DNA of 64,000 bases from Thecamonas trahens ATCC 50062 (lineage: Eukaryota; Protista; Apusomonadida). The notes under the pieces are model-generated. The model did no database searches. It was given only the letters and a program-made list of their open reading frames with translations, and had not been told where the DNA came from. Location of the stretch: assembly GCF_000142905.1 (NCBI RefSeq), contig NW_013657670.1:397498-461497 (forward strand), in the 5' to 3' direction. This document shows positions 49,201-61,200 of this stretch, piece after piece (the first letter of the stretch is position 1; each line of letters opens with the position of its first letter). A program made the translations under genes and the position numbers.

Positions 49201-52024
49201 GAGTGTAATGAGCAACAACGTTGCTGTTGCGAGTGGCGGCGGAGCGTTTGCGATGCCCTCGACGCGCGAGTCGGACGACGACCCGCTGCCACAGATCGAG
49301 ATTGTGGCGTCGACGGTGTCGGGCAATACGGCCGGCGCCGGCGGGTGCCTGGCGTGTCTCGGATGTTCGCCAGGCACGATGGTGCTCGGCAGCGGTGCGG
49401 TGGTGACCGAGTGCCGGGCGGCGTTTGGCGGATGCGTGTCTACGGTTGATGCTGTGAGCTACGTGATGCCGGTGGCCGACGCGAGCGTGGCTCGCTCAGC
49501 GTCTGCAGGCATGCTGCGAGGCGTGGCGCTGCCCCCGCCCCCGCCGCCAGGAGCGTACGCAGTGCTGACGTCCAAGACCGGCGCGCAGATTGGGCGATGC
49601 TCGGCTGACTACGGCGGACTCTCGTTTGCGTGTGGGGCGGGTATTGAGCTGACCGCGGCGAGCGTGGCAGGCGGCAACGTGGCTGGCGTTGGCGGCGGCC
49701 TGCAGTTCACGTGTCCGCTTGAGAGCGGCGCGGCGCCTCCGCTGGCATCGAGCTACACGTGGTTGGCGCTGCCAGCAAGCGTGGCAGCTGATCCAGCGAG
49801 CGTGGCAAGTGTTGGAGGCAACGGGTATGGACTGCTTCGCGCCACGCCGCCGGTGCGAATGGCACAAGAGGTCGCGAGTGGTAGGCTCACTTCTGGAGTG
49901 CCGGCGACGGCAGGCGAGTTTGTCATGTTGGATGCGCTCGGCAACCGGGTGAAGGACGACTCGATTGCGGGCAGTGTGGCGGCGGCGAGTGCGAGCTCTG
50001 CACTGGTCCAGGGCTTTGAGCTCGGGATCAAGCCGAGCGTGGCGGGTACACTCTCGGTCCGCGGCATGGTGGTCTCTGTGGCTACTGCCGCGGTGGCGGC
50101 CGGCCCGACACCGGTGACACTCGAGCTCAAGCCGGACGTGTTGTATGATGGCGTGACGACGTTGTCGGTGGACATCGAGGTCGGCAGCTGCCCGATCGGG
50201 TTCGGCGCGCTGGTGAGCGAAGAGGATGGCATACTGCGGTGCGGCAAGTGTGGCGAGGGCACGTTCTCGAACGACGAGTCGACCGCGCCGTGCGATGTTA
50301 TTCCGGCGTGCCCGAAGAATTCGGTTCGTGTGGATGTGGCGGCCAACTCGACGACAGGAGGGGTGGTAACTGGCGAGGCGCTACCGTGTCTCTGCCTACC
50401 CGGTTACTGGCGGCCGGACAATGTGTCGTTTGCCGAGCCGTGCATCGAGTGCCCGCCGGGCGGGGTGTGCCGTGGCGGACACGAGGCGCCGATTGCGGCA
50501 AGCGACTTCTTTCCGATCCGGCCAGGCTCGACCAACTTTGTGCGGTGTCTGCGGCCGGAGGTGTGCGTGGGCAACGGTTTGTGCTCGACTGGCTCGACAG
50601 GGTACATGTGTTCGGCATGCGCCGAGACATACTACACCGGGCCGACGGGCGAGTGCCTGGCGTGCCCGGGTGGAAGTGATTATGCGTTCTCGGGCGTGGC
50701 CTTTGTGCTCTTGTCGGTCTCTGTTCTCATCGGCGTAGTCATTGCGCTCAAGATGAACGCCAACGTGACTGGGCTGCGTGTGCGGATGCTGCCAGCGACG
50801 CTCGCGATGACGCTTGTGGCCTTCCAGGTTGTGGGCGTGTTTTCGGAGGCTTCGTTTGCGTGGACTCGTGCGTCGCAGCAGGTGCTCTCCGTCTTTGCGT
50901 TCTCCAACGTGGACACGACAGTGTTTGCCACCGAGTGCGAAGTCAGGAGCTGGCATGCGCGGTATCTGACGACGCTGGGCATTTTCGCGACGTTTTTGCT
51001 CGCACCGACGGTGGTGGTTGTGATGATCAAGGCGACGGTGGGCGATCTGTACGCGCGGTTTGTAACGCTCAACAACATGAGCTACTCGGCGGCGGTCCAG
51101 TCTGTGCTCAACACGCTTGCACCGCTGGTGTACATTCCTGTTGCGCGCAACGCGCTCATGCTCTTTGACTGCATCGAGCTGCCGTCGGGCGACGTGGTGC
51201 TTGACGCGGATCCGGGTGTGGCGTGTTTGGACGCGGCGTGGTGGTCGTCGCTGCCGTTTGGCGTGGCCTTTGTCATCGTCTTTGTGTTTGGCTTTCCGTT
51301 TTTGGGATGGGTGTGGCTGTATCTCTCGTCGTACCAGCTGCGAGAGAACTCGACGTACCTCCGGCTGGGGACATTATATCGTCTCTACCGGCTGCCGTAC
51401 TACTGGGTCGGCATCGCCGAGCTGTGCCGGCGGCTGATCCTGGTCATTGTCACGCTGTTTTTCTCGTCTCTCCCGCTTGGGCAGTTTGCGCTGCTTGTGG
51501 TGGTCTTTGTGGGCTCGCTCGGCTTTGTGGCCTCGAACCGGCCGTTTTACTTTCCGCTGTACGATGAGACCGAGGTGCGCATTTCTGCAGCGCTCCTCTC
51601 GCTGCTTTTTATGGGCATGGCGTCTTACGCGGAGCGGTCGACGAGCGGCGGCTCGGAGACGTTTCTTTACGTGGGCACCCTCATCTGCCTCGGCGTCCTT
51701 GTTGCCGTCTGTGCCAACGCTGTCATCCGCGACATCAGCCAGATCTACCGCGAGCGCTCGTCGAGTTCGACGTACACCACTTCGTCTGTGCGGCTTGATA
51801 GGCTGCTGGAGATGGTGGACAAGGAAGCTGTGGATACAGACCCAAAGGCGCTCCAGGATCGCCTCGTGGCGCGGCTGAAGTCGGTGCCCGGAACCAGCAG
51901 CGGTGCGTTTGTGCCTGCTGTGCCTGCTGCGGGGCAAGACTCAGGCTCGGGATTGGGCCTAGCCTCGGTCCACGGGCATTCGGGATCTTCATCAACCTCG
52001 TCACTTGGATCCGAGTACGTGTAG
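46257..52024 (+). CDS. Giant FG-GAP/VCBS-repeat, GGA-repeat, Cys-rich multi-pass surface receptor (single gene, frameshifted at about 48847)
   Basis: Signal peptide and about 10 DxxGDGxxD loops (ORF 46074..48875). GGA(I/V)...N repeats, Cys-rich C..C..G.Y/F modules and about 9 TM helices follow in ORF 48869..52024. The two ORFs join seamlessly if 1 nt is added. Confidence 0.82.
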
Positions 52025-52182
52025 CGATGCAGCCCATTTATGAAAAGAAGAGAATGATGGAGGTGGGCGGTTTGGTTGGGGGGGGGGGGGGTCAGCCGTC
52101 AATCGGCCGGGCGGCCGGTGGGCGTGTCAATGTCGGTTGGTGGGTGTTGAGCGGCTCGAGCGAGTACACGTAACTCGCAGGC

Positions 52183-54374
52183 ATGAACACGGGCGATCTG
52201 ATCCAGGCGTGCGTCAAGAGCCCCTACGGCCTGACGGGCCTCTCTGCAGAAGGTACGCCGCCAAGTACAGCAGTTGCCCACAGTGGTCTGCTACAACAGG
52301 CCAGTCCGTTGCATTGCCGCGGGAGCGGTGCTACGAGCCAAAAAACGGCCGCCAGCCGTTGGCGAGGTCGATCGGGCGGCAGGCAGGCTGAAGGAGAGCG
52401 GGGGAAGGCATGTCTGGAGGAGCAAGACAGGGTGGGAGAGAGAGGAGAGGAGAAGGAGAAGAATTGCGAGACTCACGAGAGGGCGAGGTGTCTGTCTGGG
52501 CGGGTGGGGCAGAGATGGGCGCTGTGTGGCGTGGGATTGGGCAGTTTGTGGCTGGTGGCATGGCGCAAGGCAAGGGCGTGGTCGTCCCCGGTCTAGGCCA
52601 GTTTACCTTTTCTGCGGCGAGCACGGATCTGGGCAATAGCGTGAAGCATCGGGCGGCGCCTGCATTTTACCTCAACGAGCGGTTTGCAAGGACGCATGGG
52701 GTGCGGAGCAAGAAGGCTCATCCAACCTCGCGCATTCCGCAGGTCTCGCTCAATCTGGCGGCGGTGGCCCGGCGGACGGGCAGCTCGCGCGAGGCCGTGT
52801 CGGCTGTCCTCAAAGACGTGCTGGTTGCTGTTGCCGATGCCATCCATGTCCGCAAGCCAGTCACGCTCGACGTGGGCGTGGGCCGGCTGCTGTTCCGCGG
52901 CGGGTCGGCGGTGATGAAGTGGAGCCCGCAGGTTGTGGAGCAGTGCCGGGCGCTGGGCAAGCGGGCAACGACCAAGGCGCGACCGATGACTGCATCTGCA
53001 GCGCTGGCCCGGAGCCGGAGCCGGGGCTCGCGTGCCGGAGCGTCGATCCGGACCGGCTCGTCGCGACCGGCGTCTGCGCAGAGCTCGCCGCGGGGAGGCG
53101 GTGCGCCGCCGCAGAGCGTGCGGTTCGACGGCAGCGCCGGCAGGCGGCGGCCGAGCTCGAGCGCGAGCTCACAGGGAGGGTCGTCGATGTTTGAGGCGCA
53201 GGCGCCGCCGGTCCGGCCGATGTCCGGCACGGTCCGGCCGCCGGTGGAGGCGACCGACGCCAACGACCCGGGCGGCGTGCTTCTCGACCGGCCGCCTGCC
53301 GAGGGGACGTGGGTGGCCGGGACGTCGGTGGCACCTGCGAGCCTGGCCAAGACCCGGCGGCGGACTATCGAGCAGGGCGAGGGTGACGACGAAGTGTACG
53401 ACTACGACCGCGTGGAAGAGGCGCGGCGCAACTACCGTGAGGCGCTGGCGGCCAAGCGGGTGGTGCAGATGAAGGAGGACGCGATGGACGAACACATCCG
53501 GGCAACGCTGGCGGCGGACGCGGCCGAGGCGGCAGCCAAGGACGCGGCCGAGGCTGCGGAGCGGCGGGCGGAGGAGGAGCGGATCCGCAAGCTCAACCAG
53601 CAGATGGCGGCCGAGCGGGCGCGGACGCGCGAGCTGATGCGGCAGTCGGAGCGGGCGTTTGAGGAGAAGCCGATCTTTGGCGACCGGCCTGCGACGCCGC
53701 CGCCGGCCATGAAGGCCAACGAGTATTCGCTCCTGCTCGAGGAGCAGATCAACTACCGCAACGCTCGCAAGCGCCAGGCCATCGAGGAAGAGATGGCGTA
53801 CGCGGCAGTGACGCAGACCATCGTCGACTCGGAGCTCGACCGCGCTGACGAGGAGTACGAGGCCGAGCTTGCCCGCAAGAAGGCCGCGACTGCGGCGACG
53901 CTCAAGATGCAGATGGAGCTTACCCAAAAGGCGCGACTGGAGGAGGCGCGCGCGAACGCGCTTGCCCCGGCGCTCTGCATCATCCCCATGAAGGAGTCGG
54001 AGACCAAGGCGGCGCAGCAGGCCTCGACCCGCAAGCTCTTCACTGACCAGATGGCGCTAATTGCGCAGCGCAAGGCAGCCAAGGCTGCACAAGACGCGCG
54101 CGATACCGAGAATGAGCGCCAGCAGCTCGCCAAGCTCTCCACCGAGCGCTTTGCCTCCACAATGGCCGACCACGAGCGCCGCATGGCCAAGCGCCGCCAG
54201 CTCGAGGAGACCTGGAAGATTCAGATCGATCAGAAGAAGGCGCTGGCCGCCGAGGAGGGCACAGACATTCCGCGAAACACCTCACTTCCGCTCAAGCGTC
54301 GCCCCATGCGCCGCTCCGGCCGCAAGAATGTGGTCCAGCGCCGCTACAGGCTGCAGACTGGTCTCGGGTTTTAG
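52183..54374 (+). CDS. CCDC81: CCDC81 (two HU-like domains plus coiled coil); exons 52183-52252 and 52513-54374
   Basis: Spliced N-terminus ...GLSAE|EMGAVWRGIGQFV..GKGVVVPGLGQFTFS..PAFYLNERF..LNLAAVA..GVGRLLFRG, matching the HU-CCDC81 domains, followed by an E/K/R/A coiled coil. Confidence 0.85.
52253..52512 (+). other. Spliceosomal intron in CCDC81 (260 nt, GTACGC...CAG)
   Basis: Donor AAG|GTACGC, candidate branch site GACTCAC near 52470, acceptor GGGCAG|AG. Splicing restores the frame and CCDC81 similarity. Confidence 0.75.
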
Positions 54375-55211
54375 CCGTAAAGGCTTTCAGAAAACTCACA
54401 CACTCTCTTGTCTGTGTGATCAAGGCCGAGCGATTCAAGAAATAAAATCGTTTCCACAGGTAGTCAACGGGGGTTCGCAGTGACATGCGGTTGTGACAGG
54501 TTGCGAGCTGTGCTTCGCAATGTCAACCAATGTGGGCATCGTTCCGCAGTGGCTGGTTTCACCACCTCTCGCCGCCCCTCCCCTCCCCCCCTCCTCCTCC
54601 CTCCCCCTCCTCCCCAACCTCCACCACCTACGGGGCGAACTTCTTTACCAAACACCGTTTGTATCCGCCCACCTTGCAGACACTCCCGCTCTTTGTGTTT
54701 GCGAGCTTTGCACGGAACGGCTTGCTTGTTCGTCTTCACCACCTAAGGAGTGCGGGAGACCAAAGCCAATTGGGGAACCAGTGCCAGGCCCTCCACTGCC
54801 ACAAGCCGACGTTTGCAGCTGCTGCCACGGACTTGAACCCATCTCTTTACACCCTTTTATCCACGTACGACAATCGACGAGATCTCTCTGTCTCTGTCTC
54901 TAAGACACTCTTGATTGACGTCGTCCATTAGTTGACGGCCGGCAACAGAGGCCAACTATCTTGTTGTCGTACCAGCGAACGAACGATTACGAACGAACAT
55001 CTGCATCTTTGTGCAATCGTTTGTGGCTCGTGCCCCCCCCTCCCCCCCCCTCTCCTAACCTTCTCAACGCGTTTGGGTTGTTCTTGGCGAGACCACCACC
55101 AGCTAACCACCACCACCGCCATCACCACCTCCTCCTTCACCACATTTTGTTCTCTGCCCTCCTCATCTACGCTCAGTTTGCTCCTTGACTGAACTGTGAG
55201 CATCACTCGAC

Positions 55212-58200
55212 ATGTTTGGGTCGTCGCCGCCACCGCCTTCGGCGTCTGCGGCCAACGCGTACGGGCCTGGTGCGGCGTCCTCGACCGGGTCGGCGGGGCT
55301 CGGGGTGGGTGGACCGACCGGCCCACAGGCCGGAATGCCGTCTGCGGCCAGCACCCATGTGTGCGACGCAGTGGCGAATAACTCGATGAACGATCTGCAG
55401 ACCTTCCTCCCGCTGGTCGACGTCAACGCGGCGTCGAGCGAGACCGGCTGCTCGCCGCTGCAAGTGGCTGCCTTCTACGACCGAACCAAGATGCTCCCGC
55501 TCCTGCTGCAGGCCGGGGCACGGGTCGACAAGGCGCATCCCAAGCTCGGGACGCCGCTGTACATTGCATGCAAGAAGGGCCACGATAAGTTTGCGCGGTC
55601 ACTGCTTGACGCCGGCGCGGATCCCGACGCCATCAACACCTCACAGGGCATGGCGCCGCTGCATGTGGCGTGCTCAATCGGCGCGCTCGAGGTTGTGCGG
55701 GCTCTTGTCGTTGCCGGCGCCAACGTGTCGATTACCGACACCAAGAACGGCGCGACGCCGCTGCACCGTGCGGTACATGGCGGCCACCGCACGGTCGCGC
55801 TGTATCTCATTCGCGAAGTCGGCGCCGACATCAACACCATGACTTGCTCGGGGCGAACACCGCTGCTCCTTGCAGCACGCTCTGCGCAGGACAAGGTCAT
55901 CGAGGCCCTGGCTGCTGCCGGCGCGTTCATCAATCTCGCGGACGACCAGGGCCAAACGCCGCTGCACATGGCGGCCAAGGGCTCGAAGAAGTCGACGCTC
56001 AAGCTCCTCCTCAAACTCGGCGCTGAGCCGGGCATGACCGACCATGCTGGCAAGACGCCGGCCGATTTCGCGACACAAAAGTCGTGGCGGAAGCTTTTGC
56101 GCAAGGCCGCGGCCAAGGCTTCGGCGGGCGGCAGCTCGTCCGTGCCTTCCGGCCCATCGTCTGCGCTCGCCTTTCGACGCAACCGAGCCACGTCGGGCGG
56201 TGCCGCATCATCGCTCAGCTCTTCACCGCCTACACAGTTTGGCATGCGGCCGCCGGCGTCGCGTACGTCGCCTATCTCAATGCTGCCGGACCCGCCGTCG
56301 AGTCGGCCGAGCGGGCGCGGGCGAGCGTCGACGAGCGAGCGCATCAACCGCCCGCCGACCAACTTTGGGCATTTCTCGACCACGCCCGGGCAGACATCGA
56401 CACCTGTCGACATTCCCGGCACAAGCTCGTCGCCGCCGCCGCCGACCTCGTCGTCGCTCCTGGCGCCGACTGACTACCCGGCATCGGCCTCGCCGGGCTC
56501 GGCCAACGGCATCATGTCACCCATTGAGCGGTTGCTCAAGTCGGCAGACTCGCCGTCGTCCGACCGAGCCGCCGCCGCCAGCAGCGGCGGCGGCAGCACC
56601 GGTGTCACATCACCGTCGACGCTTACTGCGCTCCGCCGCGAGGCGCTTCGTCCACCGGCTTCGGCCGCCGGCGCAAGCTCGGGCTCAGGCTCCAGCAAGA
56701 GCAAGTCGAAGAAGGACAGCAGCAAGAGCGACCAGGCGGCGTATGAAAAGGTTCACGGCTGGCTCAACTGCCGGCCGTCGGGAGGCAAGTGGGCCAAGCG
56801 GTGGTGTGTCCTCCGCGGCTCGATCTTCTCGATCTTTGAGTCTCGCGAGACCGACGACGGCTCGACCGCGCCGCGGCCAGTCAACTGCATCCGCACTATT
56901 GACACCGCCCACGCCCGAGTCGCCATTGTCACCAACGCGCCCGACACCTCGCGCCACTGCTTTGCCGTCACCTCGCACACCACTCGGGAAAAGCTGTACT
57001 TTGCGGCCATGTCCGAGAAGCGGCTGCGGACTTGGACGACGCTGCTCATCCAGGCCGGAGGGCGAAAGCACGCGCAAGCGTCGGGCTCGGAGCGGGCCAA
57101 GGCGGCGGTGCTCGCTCCGCAAGCGCTCTCGAACCTTTCAGCGCTCATGACTGGTGACGGAATCAAGGGCGGAAAGGCCTTTGGCTCGTCGCACTACACC
57201 TCGTCAATCCATGAGGCTGTCATCGACGGTGCACTCGATGTGTTCAAGGCCTTTGTCACAACCAACCCGTCAGCGGTCAAGAAGCGGAACGCCAAGGGTG
57301 AGCTACCGCTGTATCTCGCAGCCCGATATGGGCACGAAGCCATGGTTGATCTCATGCTCTCGGGCAGCCTCAAGACCAAGGTCGAGGTCGACGCCTTTAA
57401 CGGCCAGCTTGGCGAGCGGGGCACTGCGCTCCTTGCCGCTGCCTCCAAGGGCCACGACGACATTGTGCGCAAGCTTCTGGCAGCCGGCGCCCAGCCGGAT
57501 CTCTATCCACCGGGCGCGGTTGCCGACACGCCGACTATCGGCGCCGCCAAGTCGGGCGCTTTTGCTGTCCTCGACCTGCTTCTCGAAGCTGGTGCCGACC
57601 CGCTCCTGCCGGACCGGTCGGGCAAGACGCCGATGTACTGGGCGTCGCGCCGATCGCACGATGGCGCCGTCTCGCTCCTCCGCAAGCACGGGGCACTTGA
57701 GCTCAAGGTTACTCCGCCGCCATTCCAGTCTCCCGCCGCGGTCAAGGCCGCCCGCGCTGAACGAGCGCGACACAAGAACACGACCAACGCAACGCGCAAA
57801 CACGCTGCTGACGACTCCGTTCCCGAGCTCAACACCTCGAACCCCGAGGGTGGCGTCGGGAGCCCCAAGGCGTCCGGCTCGTCGGCCATGGCCACACCCA
57901 GGCGCGCCAAGCTGCCACAGGCGGCACTTGACGTTCACGACAAGTCCGGGGCGACGTCGACAAAGTCGCTGGCAGCCACTGGAAGCGCGGCCGACTTTGG
58001 AGACGGCGACGGGACCGGAAGCGACGACGACTCGCTCGCGCCACGGCCTGTTGCCGGCACCGGAAAGGAGATCGACGACGCCAACGAGCCGTCATCGATG
58101 CACATTTCCGACTCGTCCTCGCGGTTGGAGACCGGGACCGAGCCGCCGCCACCGCTCCCGCCGCTCCCGCGTACCGCCTCGGATGTGGCCGGAGACATTC

Positions 58201-61200
58201 TCGCCCACGTCGAGCGCCGCGACTCGTTTGAGTCGGACGAGTCAGCGGGCAAGGCCCGCGCTGCCGCGGTCCGCGCAGGCGGCGTTGTGCTCTCAGACGA
58301 GCTCTCGGACGAGGATGACGACGATGATGATGACGCCGAGGTTGTGACCGACGACGACGAAGACGACGACGACGACGACGACAACGGCGACGAGACACTG
58401 GTGAGCTCACGGGCGCGACGTCTCGCACGCGCCGGGGATGTTGATGAGACTGGCTCGGCCACGGGAACTGATATTGATCTCCTTGCGCAGCTCTCCACGC
58501 CTTCGCAGACGCCTGGACACTCCCGGACGGGAACGCGGACCGAGTCTGGATCGGGCTCTGAATCAGGCTCCGGCTCTGGCTCGGGCTCGAACTCGGACTC
58601 GGACTCTGAGCTCGATTCTGAGACTGGCTCGGGCTCATCCCTCTGCCGATCGGGCTCGTCGCTCCTTCAACCGCACGATCTTTTGGGCATGTCGCAAGTC
58701 TCAATTGCGGAACCACCACCGATGCTCGAGGTGTCTGACACAGACGACGATGGGTCGCGCTCGTCGACGCTGCTAGGCATGGAACCGACTGCGCAGCCAC
58801 CACTCGGCCTCTCGGCGTTTTCCGAGGGCGAGTCGACAGATGCTGACTCGATGATTGCGTCGGTCCCGAATCTGGTTACCGACGGCCTGACTGCCGAGTC
58901 GATGACCGAGGGCTCTCCACGGGTGCTCACACCCAAGTCGACAGTGTTTGTAGCGTCGCCGGTGGAGCGAAGCGACGGGCGGCGGATGCGGAGCTTGTTG
59001 GCGCAGCCGTTAGCTAGTCGGTCGACGAGCGCGCTGCCGTCGTCGCCAAGCGAGTCGTTCATTCCGACCGCCCTCGACAGGCTTGCCGACAAGATGCGCG
59101 GTGTGCTGCGGTCACGGGCCGAGGCTGAGGTTCTTCTTGCACCACGCAGCAAGCTCGCCAAGCTGACCGAGGCCGCACGCGCTTACTGCACCTCGGCTAG
59201 CCTTGACTCATCGGTCTCGATATTTCTCACTCGGCTGGAAAAGGCTGTGGGCGAGATGGATGAGCTTGAAGCCGAGCTGGCAGCTTCGCTCGGCGGTGAA
59301 AGCCGCGAGGCACTTGGCTTGCCGGAGCGAACGAGTCCGATGCGCGAGCTCAAGGGTAAGGAAGTGGTGGACGTGCTCGACTCGCCGCGGACCGGACCTC
59401 CATTCGACCCACACAAACTGCGGCGGTACCGGGTGCTCCGCGGCGAGGTGGCGAGTTTGATGGGCCGGCTGCAGCGGGAGCTCGGCGAGTGCGGCGAGTC
59501 CGAGGGGCCGGACGCGTTCAGCGCGGTGGCGCAGGCCCACACTGAGCTGGTCACCATGCACTCGGAGCTTGTGGCCAACTCGAGCTCGGGCATGGCGTCG
59601 CCGAGCTCGATGACAGCAGTGTCGGCGAACGAGATGCTTGACGCCCTGCTTGCGGCCGAGCGCGAGGCCGAGGCTGCGACAGCGCGACTGGCGCCTGCAT
59701 CGGCGCGGGTGGAAGCGCTGGTGGCGGAGCTGGGCGAAGCGTTGGAGGAGGAGGCGCAGATTCTTGCGGCGTCCCAGGCGCGGCTGGACGTCATGTTCAA
59801 GCACGCGGTCTCAGTCTCGTCGCGGTTTCTGCTCGACGACAAGCGGGCACGACTTGTGCGCGCGCGCGCCACCGTCGATACGCTCGAAAGCAGACTAGTG
59901 TCTGCGGATGAAGCCAAGGCCAAGGTTGAGGCACTGGTGAGCCAGGCCGAGGAGCTGAAGAAGACGATGAAGGCCAAGGCGCTGCTGCTTATCGACATGA
60001 AGCGCGAGATCATCCAGCGCGAAGACGAGTGGGATGTGGAAATCGCTGCACGGGCGCATGCTGAGCACGATGCACTTGAACAGGAGCTGACAGACCTCAA
60101 GTCGCAACGTGGGCTGCTCATTTCCGACATTGCGCGCGAGGCTGCGCACTCGGGCAACCTCCATGTCCTGCTCGAGGTACCAGAGCTTGCGTCGCCCGTT
60201 GCAGCGCATCGGCGCGAGCGCCGGCGGCGGAAGAAGGATGGCGGCAGCAGTGGCGGCAAGGCGGGCAACGCTGACGATGATCCGTTTGAAGTCAGCGACG
60301 ACGATAGCGGAGAGGGAGCAAAGCGGGCTTTTGACAAGTCGCACGAGTCGGACCGGGAGCTCGTGCTGCAGCTCCGCGCGTCGCTGCCTGGCGACAGCGG
60401 GGCAGCGGAAGCCGCTCCCGGTGGAGGCGACGGTGAGTCTGCCATGCCACGACTGAACCCCGCAGATGCGTTTGCGCAGTCGCGGGTCCTCCTCCCGCCC
60501 AACGGGGCGAGTCAAGTCTCCGGCTGCCGCCTGCTGCAGGCTGTGGAGAAAGAGTCGGGCGCACGGGTGGTGCTCAAGGTCCACCCAAGTCGCGAGTCTG
60601 CGGTGCACGAGCACCGGATGCTGAGCTCGATCACCTCGCCTTTGGTGGTCTCTACCCGCGGCCTCTACACTCACCAAGGCTACGCGTACGTGGTGATGGA
60701 CGAAGTGGTGGGTGTCGATCTTGTGGACGTACTCGACGGTTCGCTCAAGGTGTGGGAGGTACAGAGCCTGTTCTTGCAGATCTTGCAGGGTCTGGCGGTG
60801 CTCAACCGGGCCAAGCTCATGCATGGAGCGCTCGACCCGTGGCACATCCGGCTCGATGCGTCTGCGTCTCGACCGGTGCTTGTCTCTCTCCGGCACGCGG
60901 TGCCGATTTCAGTGTTTGCTGCGGCGCCGCTCGGCGAGAACACGCGGTCACCGGCGTACGTGGGGCCCGAGGTGGAGAGCGGGCGGGTGGTGCCAGGCTC
61001 GGACGTGTACTCGGTCGGCATCATGTTGTACCAGGCAGTGACGGGTCGACTGCCGTCGATGGCCCAGGTGCTGCACGGAGCGACCGGTGATGATGTCAAG
61101 GATGTTAAGCTCAAGTCGCTCCTCAACGGCATGCTGCAGCCAGACCCGGACAAGCGGGTCGGAGTGTTTGAGGCGCTCACCCACGAGTTCTTCTCGCACT

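Noticed and set aside
54375-55211. Possible ncRNA in the long spacer (ctcccgc...gcgggag pairing near 54684-54758)
   Set aside because: Only a 7-bp stem, and no snRNA, snoRNA or tRNA hallmark recognised. An Infernal/Rfam scan would be needed.
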